From: Oopsacas minuta
Taxonomy: Eukaryota; Animalia; Porifera
DNA: 64,000 bases
Assembly: GCA_024704765.1 (NCBI GenBank)
Contig: JAKMXF010000111.1
Location: 359,113 to 423,112, forward strand
Reading direction: 5' to 3'
The notes under the pieces are model-generated. The model was not told where the DNA came from, ran no database searches, and saw only the letters and a list, made by a program, of their open reading frames with translations. This document shows positions 1 through 11,230 of this stretch, piece by piece. Made by a program: the position numbers and the translations under genes. The first letter of the stretch is position 1, and each line of letters opens with the position of its first letter.

Positions 1-65
1 GTCTCAAAAAGATAGCAAAACATTGCAAATAAACAAATATTTACACAAATATAATAAATGTAAAG

Positions 66-373
66 TTAGAACAAAATTTTATTTAAGTAAAATGAATTCT
101 TTTCCAAAACAGAATCAGCAAAACAAACTTTCTTTTCTCCAACAAAATATCCAATATAGTAAGCCCTATGTACCAAATCACCAATAAGCCAATCAAATCC
201 TGCCCCCTCTTGTCCAATGAAGCCCGTGGTACAATACTCTCCCTCTTTGGAGATAATATATATAGAAGGAGGGATTTTTAATTCATTTGTTCCAGCGAAC
301 TTAAATGGCACATCTGGGAGATTATTTGGATCACAATTTGGTATCAGATATCCATCCTCTGTTTGCACAGCAC
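66..373 (-). CDS. Terminal exon of a pepsin-family (A1) aspartic protease; upstream exons not identified
   Basis: Translation GAVQTEDGYLIPNCDPNNLPDVPFKFAG..KIPPSIYII..CTTGFIG..WLIGDLVHRAYYIGYF..KVCFA matches the pepsin C-lobe pattern (C..LP.I.F..G, C.SGF, WILGD.F.R.YY..FD, VGFA). A tttag acceptor sits at 378-374. No catalytic DTG/DSG motif is in this exon. Confidence 0.7.
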
Positions 374-1419
374 CTAAAGCATGTATGGAATGTGAATAGA
401 TATGATTTTAACACTTTCAATAATAGCGTACTTAGAGAAAAGGTTGTTCGCCAATGTTTTGTGCTCTTTCAGTCATCAAAATGACAACTATATGTAGTAT
501 GTGTATGTGTGTGGATATTAGAATACTCTCAGGGCGAGGGATATATTGTTATGATTTATGGTATATCTGTAAATATTTTCTGACATAGAATATCACAGAA
601 AAATGAGTTTACCAAGGTTAGGAACCATTGTCTCATAGCTTCGTTATAACGAGACTTTACTATATTATGTGTAATTGAATCTATTCGCATAAGAACAGTG
701 TCTAATAATATTTGAGATATATTTAGACACACATTATATGATACGGATACTTGTAATAGATATATTATACTCTATACACACAATATGTATAAGCTTCTGT
801 ATATAGTTCTATATTATCAGAACGATGGAAATGATGTATAAAGTTAAAGGGGGAATTTATCGAAACATTTGATAATCAATTATGATAAGTATAGGTTTAT
901 TATATGAATTATGAAAAAAAGTCTCATTATTTATTGAACAACCCTTGTATATATCGTACTCTTGCTGCAAGTCGAGCGTTACACCTCCAATGTGCATTAC
1001 AGGTTGGAAGTTGTTCCGTATAGAACCAAAGAAGGAGTATTTTGAGGTGGTTCTTCTGTTTCTGGCTCGGAAATGAATTTTGAGATTGGAGAAGTTGTTC
1101 CACTGTTGGTGGAACAACGTCTCCGTCACATCTCGGATTTGCTCGTTCAGCTCTTTGTCGACCACAGCCGCCAGTAGAGGTAATTTAACCCTCTCAGTTA
1201 ACTTTTCCAAGAGTTTGGTATAGCTCTCATTGGGGCGCTCTAGCGCCCCAATATATTCAACGCAATAGTGTATTCATAAGAGAAGGTGATATATTCGACA
1301 AATTAAATATTGGTATTTTGATATTATGGTATAAATACACGTATGTATTGAGATCAACCATTGAAGTTATAAAATTCCTATACGAAGTGTGTGATAGTTA
1401 TCTGATAAATAAAAGGTAA

Positions 1420-1623
1420 TTACCTGTTGAAATCCAAATAACACAATTTAGAAGCATCTAACGCATTAATTGACATTAATATTTCAAGATTTGTATTAGA
1501 AAAACGTTTGCCAAGTTCTCTTATGATCATTGGAATAGCATCTGCTTTAAAAGACTGGCCAGAACTCATGCCCTCGAACTTGGCTCTGACACCTTCGATC
1601 GAAAAGAGAATTTTCATAGTCAA
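1420..1623 (-). pseudogene. Degenerate hAT-type transposase fragment
   Basis: IIRELGKRFSNTNLEILMSINALDASKLCYLD resembles the EL..RFS....I...I.AL.P....FLD stretch preceding the hAT dimerisation domain. No TIRs found. Confidence 0.4.
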
Positions 1624-1900
1624 TTTATCTTCCGATCATAGAACACACTAATTTGGAATCTGTTAACCACATTTCCTAGTGATATCTCAAGTAGTAATTG
1701 TTTATAGCCAATATTTCTCCAGCAATTCGTGTCCACTTGATTGAATTTTCTTGCATAGCTAAGTTCAAACCTATGCATTATAGATAACACCTCATGAAAA
1801 CACCAAAGAGATTATAAAGTTACCAGAATTGGTAGAATCATACTTTCAACGACTATACTGGGGTAATCGAGTATGCTGAGTCTGAATATTGTAAACAACA

Positions 1901-2006
1901 TCAATATTATTAAATCTCAATTGTTGTTTGTTTGTTTGTTTGTCCGTTGAATACCTCGAGGCGCAATGCGCCAAGTTCATCATGAGGCGGCGAGCCAAAG
2001 GCTCGT
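1901..2006 (+). mobile_element. Non-autonomous Helitron-like fragment
   Basis: a|TCAATATTATTAAA start, then a (GTTT)n microsatellite and the hairpin CGAGCC-aaa-GGCTCG. A similar 5' end occurs at 21560. No CTRR 3' end seen. Confidence 0.35.
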
Positions 2007-5000
2007 ACATTTTAATATTCGTAGATTATAATGTGTGCGTTAGATTTCATTGAGATAGTTAGCTTTAGATTTAGATATTCTCAGTTTATTAGATTTCCGT
2101 GTAGATTAGCTGATATTATTCATGCTCTTTAGTTATATCTTGTAATTTGATTAAACTAGTCTCACCAATTCTAAGTTTTTGGTATAAGTACGTAGTGTTA
2201 TTAACAAAATGACAGTTATTATATTCTCGTGAAATAACTCGAAAGCCCTTCTGCCATACTTTTTGGAAAGCAATGAATATTTTTTATATATATGTAAATG
2301 GCATATTGTATTACTTCGAGAACCAACATGAGTATATTTTGAATAAGAGTTTATGAGTCCTGACCAAGTACAAGTATACAAGGATAGTATTGCTTGAAAG
2401 TGCTTGAAGTTCATCAATTTGGGACAGAAATCCAAGTTCAGAATTGGCCGTCTTATCCATTCATAGCAAATGTAAAGCCCACCATATTTACCAACACGAA
2501 TGACACGATGCGATTTTCTGTATCCAACACTTGTATGTTAGTCTAAATACTAGCCATTGGAAACTTGGAAATATGTCTTGTGTGAAGCATTAAGCTTATG
2601 ATTTGGTGCATACCTGCCTACCACACTCACAAACATGTAACTCAATTTTATTGTATATCCTATTTCAGTACCAAATGAATCAAAAATGCTGTCAGCAATA
2701 ATATTATTGAAACATTCGTAGTGTGATTATTACTTATATACTGTGTGAGGCTAGCAATGTGGAAATAGCTTACAGAAAAATTGAACAGCTTTAGTGAATG
2801 TCTTCAGCAAACATAATCTTCAAAGAGGATTCTAAATATGAGAGGGATGCAACATAACTTTATACATCTGTAATAAAATCACTTACGGCAAGTACATCCC
2901 TTCTTCTGAATAGTTATTAATTACATATAATCTTACAATTTGGAATACATACTTCTAGTATGTATGTATAACTACTAGAGGGCGCAAACCCAGTCCGAGT
3001 TCGAGTCCCATTTGGCTGAGGCTTAGTTTGAGCTTCTGCCTTCGTGCCGGGCTTGGGACCACACCTGTCATTAAATTTTGAAATAATATGGTTTAATTCC
3101 ATATAATAAATTCAATTCATTGATTAAATTTGTATTCAAACTTCCTGATTGTACTATTGCGTGGTAGAATTACTACCTCTATTACTGGTACCATTTTATA
3201 CGAGCGTGAAGTTAGCAGCGAGCTAACAGCGAGAAATCGAGCACACTTTGAATCGGTATATTTTTGTTACCATGGGGTGCAGAGAGGTGCCATTTGGAGG
3301 ATACCAATACTATGCTAGGTAGTTTAGACAATTTGTTAATTAACACAGGTAAACAAATGATGTAATATAAGAAGTAGGAAAATAATGGCACAAAGAGTTC
3401 AGGTCTACTTTACTAATTTTTCACTTGCTAATGTGCTAGATAACATGCTACTTGATGACTTATCCCTAGCTAACGTTATTGATTTTGAAGTAAGTACTTG
3501 CTAATTGTAGCTAGTAGAATCTAATTCAGATTCTTTGTTCCGAAAATTCACTTTATCTTCTGAATGAACTTTTGTCACTGGTTGAAAATGACTTAATTAG
3601 AGACGAAGATATATCCTCTTTTCTGTTAACGGGTGTACATCTTTCTTATCGTTGAATCCATAAGCCGAATATTTATTCCAACAGCAGTTCCAATCTTTAT
3701 ATAGGAATATGTCAGTTTTGAGCAATCGTACTGCTAAAATAACACCAGGTCGATACCCACAGTAGCTTTGAATGGCTATCCGTAGGCTTTAGGGTCTTGG
3801 GTACATTTAAAGCGCATAAAATGTATTATGTATCTATGGGTTATTGCGTATAACTAGTTGATTGACAGCAAAATATTATTGGTATGGCTTCTATTTTTTG
3901 AGTTATGGTGACGTAATCACAATTTGTGAAACATGTAAACCAGCATAAATCTATTTAGGTTGGAGTTAGGGGTATACAATATATTATTTACTTATGGGTT
4001 AATCACTATTTAAAGTAGATTGGCCAGATATAGTATTTTATATGGCTTCTATTTTCCTTGTTATGATGACGTAAGCAAATTTATAAAAGTTAAATTCCGG
4101 AAATATGTGTTATTTGAGTTATTTAGATAAAGTGTTCACACTAAAATCATTTGCCAAGGGGTAAAGTGTTTAGATTGTAAATTTAACGTTCTTTTTGCTG
4201 TATTATTACGGCAATAGCAATTTTAGCAAAGAAACGAATATAATTGAAATTTAAATTAGTCGGGTAACTTGGACGTTTTTGCGTGTTCTTAATACCCGAC
4301 GGTTAATTATCCTTTAAATTTAAATAAAACTATTGTAGCCTTATTTCGATCCAAGTGTTTGGTCCTGTCATAAACTCCTCAGTTACCTCGCCTTTTCCGC
4401 AATACACGTCAGATAGATCAGTGTTAATTAACGTTTGCGCCACTGGGGATAGGTCGTTGTGGGTCGCGTTTCTATTATCTGGGCTCGCCGTGATTGGGCT
4501 TGCGCAGCCTGAATAGCCTCGGACAGAGGTCCCCACAAGTTTTGATGTACCTTGTCATTGAGCGTTTGTGAAACTATTTGTGTGGAAGTTGAAGAATGAA
4601 GGCAAGACGCTACTCAAATATTAACGAATTAAATAATATGTCTCTTGATCGTTAGTCTGGTGAAGCAAATTTGCACCTTTCAGCCTGTGGGTGTGTCCGA
4701 TTCCTCCACATTACTACACCTATAAGAATATTACTAAACCTTTCAGAACTGGACAGACACATCATTACGCTTACTGAAAGCATCACGTTCATACTTCAAT
4801 TAGCTGAATTTCTCCGAATTTAGGAGAATTCGCCATCTGAAAGATCAAATATCTGGATGAAGGAATCGACTACCGTTCTGATTGATGGTTGAGAGAGAAG
4901 AAAATCAAATGCTTCCTAGTTATGCATTTAGAATTTAAAATATTTGCTAGAAATTTAGTAAAATAAAGTAGTATAATATGAATTGCTTAAATTCTGAAGT

Positions 5001-5326
5001 ACTTAAAAATTAACGGGTCGCTCTAATAAAAATGCTTGGTGTTCATTTGCGGGAAGTTGCGGGAGGCTGGATTTAGTTCTAAATTACAGATAATATCATG
5101 ACAAATCACCCTAAAACTTTATATTACCTGGCCACGACTGGCCACAGTGAGTTTGAGTCGATTTGTAGTTGTTATTATTTGTATTATTAACATGGCTGTT
5201 GTTGCTCATAATCGAACCATCTGAATAGAATTCAAAACTCGCCAATAACTTAGCGAAAAGCCATAAATCAGTATCAAAATGAGGCAGTATAAAATTCCCT
5301 GAATTTTCTTAACTCTATGAAACACT

Positions 5327-5470
5327 TAGGCGCCGTTGCAGGGGGACAGAGGAGCCTGCCCACCCTTGGAAAAGTTTTTGAAGGCTGGGTCTATCTCGCC
5401 CCAGGATGCCAGGGGCTTGGTCTTGCTCCATCTCCCAAGATTTTCACAAAAATTCGAAATTCTACGCCTA
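5327..5470. mobile_element. Small GC-rich MITE-like insertion
   Basis: Present in the left duplication arm and absent at the matching site of the right arm (about 27017). Ends are TAGGCG...CGCCTA. Confidence 0.45.
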
Positions 5471-5956
5471 TGATAAAACGAAACATCTTTAAAACATATA
5501 TCGAAAATACACTTGCTCCAAAGATAGCTATTTTCAATAGAGAAGTTAGCCATACATCTATACAAGCAGATCCTACACTATACCAATGGAATAAAGATTC
5601 ATCATAGATATTTACCTCATGGATATAATGGATAATGAATAGGCCTGTTGTGACTGATAAGTCGATTCTTATAAATAGAAATAGGAAGAGAGATATCGAG
5701 AAATATGCGAGATAAACACGAGGACAGATATTTTGGGGGCTTTATTCATTATAATTTAGAGTTTTAACAGAGTGATCAGGTTACAGAGCTTATACTTGAT
5801 TCAGGCTGTTAGCTGTAAGTTATGTTTAGTTACAATTATGGCTCATTCAATTACGTTAATTCATGAATATAGTTAAAGCTAATGACAAGATAACTAAGTG
5901 AATATTAACAAATTACAGTATAGTATAGTATGCTATGACACTAATGCTTGGAGTAT

Positions 5957-7213
5957 TCAGAAAGCTAGGAGATTAAATTTCTTGTTCCTTTGAGCTACAA
6001 TAATTTTATTCTTTTTGTCAATAGCTACTCCATAGGGATAATTGAACTTTTGATCTCCTGGTAGCATATCACTACTAATAGTGTGTAGGACTTCTCCTTT
6101 ATTGGAGAATATCTTGATTTGATTTCCTCCCCAATCCGCTACGATAATATTCCCCACTTGATCAATTGAGAAGAAATAATTCCAAATAATCTCACGTTTT
6201 CCTATCAAACACCTTACTAGCTCTCCTTCTAGAGAGAATATTTGTAGATGGAAAGGGGGATAGTAACCAAACATGACATACATGTTATCTTCGTACAGTT
6301 TTATGCTATCTGTTTCTGTATCGGATTTAACTTGAGTAGTTTTGAGTTTGATTCTTTTCAGGAATTTGAGATCTTCATCAAACACGATTACTGATTTGTT
6401 CTTAAGCTCACATCCATAAACATTCATGTCTCTATCAATGTCAACTCCCCAGACTCTTCTCTCTGTTTTAACCGATTTGATAGACTCATGGCTTGACTTT
6501 TCTATCTTTACTAGCTCATCTTTAGCAGATACGAAAATGAATTCATTCATTAGAGCTATTCCAATAGGCCATTGAGGTGTTGGTATTTTGTAGAGATGGT
6601 TACCTTCTCCATCGAATACTTGTATTATGTTAGCGCCATTATCAGCAACAAATATATTCTGTGTTTTGTTGTCAATTGCTATTTGCCTGGGATTAGCAAT
6701 CTCACCAGAACCTGTCCCTTCTCGAAACCAGAGAGGGCACAATTTCACAGAATTGTCAACTGGTATTATAGGTCTCTCCTTCTGTGCCACAACCTTACAC
6801 ACATCAATCACTGATTGTTCCAGCTGTTCCATCTTCCAGTCCAACTCTACCCACCCCACATTCACACTCCTTGCTACCTCCTCTCTGATCTCATCTTCTA
6901 GCGTTCTTAGATTCTTCTCGAGTACTTGCTTCAATTTGTTCTTTGTCAAGTCCCTCTTTAGTCCTTCTCTGGCTGTGCACAATTGCTGGAGGAGTTCTCT
7001 CTTCTCATTGAACTCTTGTCTCGCTCTCATAACAACCTCATCTATCTCTTTCAACAGACTATGCTCCCTCACTACCAACAGACTGTGTAACTGCTGGAAG
7101 TTACAACTCACTTTCTCTTTCCCTATCTGCACATGGTTAATCAGATCTGTTAGATTCCTCTCTAACTCATCCACACACATCAGTTCTCCTACTGCTGATA
7201 CTCGTGTCGCCAT
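5957..7213 (-). CDS. Intronless coiled-coil + NHL-repeat (beta-propeller) protein, copy 1; TRIM-NHL-like without RING/B-box
   Basis: 418-aa ORF with an N-terminal heptad-rich helix region and NHL motifs PRQIAIDN..NIFVAD, PIGIAL, FSIDQVGNIIVADWGGNQIKIFS and YPYGVAIDKKNKIIVA. Confidence 0.9.
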   Translation of the reverse strand: MATRVSAVGELMCVDELERNLTDLINHVQIGKEKVSCNFQQLHSLLVVREHSLLKEIDEVVMRARQEFNEKRELLQQLCTAREGLKRDLTKNKLKQVLEKNLRTLEDEIREEVARSVNVGWVELDWKMEQLEQSVIDVCKVVAQKERPIIPVDNSVKLCPLWFREGTGSGEIANPRQIAIDNKTQNIFVADNGANIIQVFDGEGNHLYKIPTPQWPIGIALMNEFIFVSAKDELVKIEKSSHESIKSVKTERRVWGVDIDRDMNVYGCELKNKSVIVFDEDLKFLKRIKLKTTQVKSDTETDSIKLYEDNMYVMFGYYPPFHLQIFSLEGELVRCLIGKREIIWNYFFSIDQVGNIIVADWGGNQIKIFSNKGEVLHTISSDMLPGDQKFNYPYGVAIDKKNKIIVAQRNKKFNLLAF

Positions 7214-8316
7214 AACTCTTAACTCAAACGTCGAATTTTAACTAGAAATAATATACAATTAAACAAATAAAGAGTGTATTATTTGATAATCTAAATAGGC
7301 AGACAATTGTTATTAGATAGAATTACATTTCTCTAATTATAGAAGACCTTTCAGATATCTGATTTTACCAATTTAAAGATTTATGGTATAAACAATTGCC
7401 AAACAACTACCTAACATCAACTCGTACATAATATCAATCCAAATCGAGGGGCTTAAAATCCTCTAATCACCAGCTAGACGCGGGTGTATAACTAATACAA
7501 GAAATGACTGGGTCCACAAACAATAAGAAACACTCTTAAGACAATATCGATTGTAAAATAGATACTAGTTGACTGGCTCCGGTATAAACTGATAAGAGCT
7601 ATTGTCAGTTCATTTTAGTTTAGTATGATGAGTTTGGAATTTTTCTGCTGAAGAAAACAGAAACAATAAAGTTCAAAGAGTAAGTAATCGACTAAACTTG
7701 TAGTTACAAACGAGTTTACTCAAAAGCAATTGGAGATAAGTTCTGTGAGTAAATCTCCGGGTAGACAACTGAAAATTGGTGAAGAAGATCTTCTCTCTTC
7801 TCTTTTGTGAGAGAAAAATCTTTCACAAAATTATCTAAAAGTTTTCAACTCTTCCCTTGTCTTGGTCGGTTCAATTATGACTTTCATACATTTTGACAAC
7901 GGACTGTAAGTTATCAGTTTTTCTGAGAGAAAGTCTTGGAAAGAGTCTTGGATAAACATGATAAATACATAGTTACAATTTAAAAATTGCATACCGTAAA
8001 TATTTCCTTGACAACGGACAAGCAAACAAACAGACAAACAAAAACACAATAGAGATTGAAAAATATAGATATGATATACATACAGATAGATTGCGTTTTA
8101 GTAAGGTACATCCTCGCTAATACGAACAGCACTGTTCTGATTAGAATATAATTCGTTCGGATTAGCGAAATCAAATGCACAGAAAACAATACTATAGAAT
8201 CTGGGAGCCTATTCTTTTGAAAGTTGTTTATACGATGGAATTGCGTCCAACATATGTAAAAAAGTAATTGTATTAATCCACAGTAGAATTGGAGACAATT
8301 AGTTATTTGTGAACAT

Positions 8317-9317
8317 TAGGTCTATCTCGGTTGTGTTTGTATTTCATCCAACCGAATAGATTTTCTATAGGGTTCATATCTGGACTTTGACTTGGCCAAT
8401 CTAGCTAATTATTTGGCATATTTTCGGCCATCCAAGTCTTGACCCCACGACTAGTATGTTTTGGGTCGTTATCTTGAATCAAAAACCACTCTGTGCCATG
8501 AAAGACATTGACGTTCTCCAACAAATGCCGCTTCAAAATCTCGACAAAGAATTGTGAATCTAGATTCTATGAAAAATACACAGAGGGAAGGTACCAAATG
8601 AGGAAAACGCAGCCCATCTGCGTACCTTTGCTGAGTGCTTGACTGTTGGTTGATAAATTCTCCTAGGACCTTTACACCACATTCGCACTCTACCAGCATG
8701 AATCCAGAAACTAACTTCATCTGAAACACAGCATGACACCAATTTCGATCTTTATTCTTTGTAGCTCACTCAATACGTGCCAGTCGATTTTTCTCAGTTA
8801 GCATTGCCAAACGAATCGGATAGGGCTTTGAATGAACAAGTGATTTTAGACAACGGTAGACAGTTCTTGTGGAGACATTAATGCCACGTTTCTGGCAGAT
8901 TTCTTCCGCTATTTCATGCCAGAGTTTTTGCTTATCATTAGACACATATTTGGTACAGGATAAAGCGATTTTCTTCCGTAGATTGTCTGGCCTACCAGCT
9001 CCTCTCTTGTGATTTAATGTTTCCCATTTATTATAACGCTCCTTTATTCTGTAAACAGTCGTCTTGTTTACACCGCACAGATGCGCGATTTCAATGGCAG
9101 AGTGCTTTCCTCCCTGGAGTAATACTACAACCTTGTTTCTAGTTGCTTCCTGGGCCATCAAGAGATCAAATCGATGTTAGGCGAAAAGAAAATCTAATTC
9201 AAAGATAAACATGGTTAGTAATGATGACTTAATCAGTAGATATAAATGCCTAAAAATAGAAACAGCCACAAAATTCAATTTGCACAAAAATTACATCAAA
9301 CATAGTAAAACTACCTG
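8317..9317 (-). mobile_element. Truncated, decayed Tc1-like transposon (DD35E spacing)
   Basis: HTH ORF 8766-9161 (GRP motif, VSTRTVYRCL), then VFSDE, WAAFSSFGT, and QDNDPKH...DWPSQSPDMNPIENLF in other frames with stops. I count 35 residues between the second D and the E. The 3' end is cut at the duplication boundary. Confidence 0.85.
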
Positions 9318-9331
9318 TAGAACAAGAAGGA

Positions 9332-9850
9332 AGCTAATCCTGCGGAATGCTTTTTCGGGCCTTCGGCCCTCACGATTGTCTTTTGGAGTTTACGAACGTT
9401 ACGCGTCCGCATATAATAGCCTCCAGGCACCTATTTATTAGATTTTTTTATTCACTGGTATATTTAAGCTTACCTTGTAGTACATTACTCAAGCGTTACT
9501 TATCTCTTAAATCCATTCACATCTCTTGCATTATAAGGCTATTTCGATTTTGAAATTCTAATTTGTTGTGTTGAGTGTCCAGAACTCAAAAAATATCCCA
9601 GACTTTTTCATATTATCCGAAGGAAGGAATCTGATTGGCCAACGTTGACCTCCGAAAATGCATTGATTTATATGGACGAGGAGTGAAAAATTCATATAGC
9701 TTGTCCATATTGTTTCGATTCAAAAAATTATTCTTTTTTGGAAGGTTGAGTACAACTTAGTCGACACACAAAATTTGGTTCGAATCGCCCCAGGCATCCC
9801 TGAGAAAACGCGTGGACACACACACATACACTTTGTTTTATATATAGAGA
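9332..9850 (-). mobile_element. Non-autonomous Helitron-like element
   Basis: The minus strand begins a|TCTCTATATATAAAACAAAG(TG)nTCC. A GC hairpin GGGCC-gaa-GGCCC lies near the other end, followed by a degenerate 3' terminus. Confidence 0.5.
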
Positions 9851-10850
9851 TTAGGTATATACATTTCGACCACTAAAATGACTCAAAATATCGTTTCCAT
9901 TGACCCACCCCCTTTACTCATGAATTCTACTTCATACACATAGTTATACATATATTTGATTGACATATAAATTTTTGCAATTCTAATTAATTTGGGCTAA
10001 GAGTCTAAAATCTTACAGGTAAAAACATTTTGTCACCTCTCTAGATAGTTTGAGAGATATCGCTTTGATATTAGATTATGTTCCTAGATCAATCACATCC
10101 CACACACATGCCGGTTTTCAAGTTCCTAGATCACGAGTTCTGCAATCAATTCTGGATACAAAAAATAGAAACATCTAACCATCGAGTTTAAATATATAGG
10201 AAATCAATAATTATATGATTTAATATCTAACTCACCACAGAGCGGATAGAATTTTGTAAACCGATCATTTTATACTAGGATAGTGGTGTTTTATGATCTC
10301 CTAAAAGAGATAATTCTTAAATGTGAGATTTGTGATGTTTATAGTATATCATGACTTACACAAATGTATTCATTGTGGAACCAGTAAGGAATGTTTGTGT
10401 GCTTGATAATTCAGCCATACATCTAGCTCGTAGATCCTCATCTGATCATACTCTGGCTTGGAGGTAGAGTCTGCACTATTGGTATGGCTGAGGGATGTCC
10501 AAACATCTCGTTTAATTTTTGTAATTAGGTTTTTAAACTCCTCACTTCCCAAGGGGATAAATTACCCTGCCAAGTAAAGGCTATTCCGATCTTTTCTCCT
10601 ATGATCTGAGTAAATTGATCTATCATACGGGAAAGCCGGAGTTTGGTGTTGTGCTTTGTCATACTTAGAGGCTTTGGTTATGGTTTTAGCTAATCCGATG
10701 CCGAAAATATTCTAATTCGCCATTAAATTATATTACTTATATATTAATAATTACAATAATTAAATAAAACAGATATGGAAAAATTCAAAATTAATATCCT
10801 ATTTAATATCGCAGGTTTTCCTGGGCCGATTCCAAATTTGTGCGCATGCT

Positions 10851-10922
10851 CAAAGTAGCAATGAGCATAATCAAAGTAGCAATTGAGCATAATCAAAGTA
10901 GCAATGAGCATAATCAAAGTAG
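10851..10922. repeat. Tandem repeat of 21-22 bp (AATGAGCATAATCAAAGTAGC), about 3.5 copies
   Basis: Directly visible; no spacers. Confidence 0.8.
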
Positions 10923-11230
10923 TATTTATTATATGACAAATTTTATCCCATGGAAAAACTTTTGAAAATAAACAGGAAATATACAATAACTAATTTGAAT
11001 ACCACAATAATTACAAAATATAGTAAAGCAACAATTATCATTAATAAACACAGTAATTTCTTAGGATACAACCTAACAGCAAGAATAACTATTAGTATTA
11101 TACATATATTTATATACGAGATATACATACAAGGGAAAGATAGAGCACAAATTCAAAGCATGTAGTCATGTTGTAAGAATACTGTTGGAATGATGTTCTT
11201 TTATAGATATGAAATCTTTAGATCCTATAT

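Larger units (their letters stand above)
5156..8316. repeat. Left arm of an ~3 kb inverted segmental duplication (partner 24161-27176)
   Basis: The reverse complement aligns to 24161-27176 across the NHL ORF and both flanks. Similarity stops at about 5156/27176 and about 8316/24161. Confidence 0.92.

Noticed and set aside
857-1210. Middle exon of the aspartic protease
   Set aside because: Only a vague resemblance (YSFF...IGG); no convincing motif or splice frame.
4330-4536. GC-richer 68-aa ORF
   Set aside because: No recognisable motif in any frame and no splice or repeat context I could support.
6627-7241. 204-aa plus-strand ORF (and 25234-25539 minus)
   Set aside because: Antisense shadow of the GA-rich coiled-coil coding region of the NHL genes.
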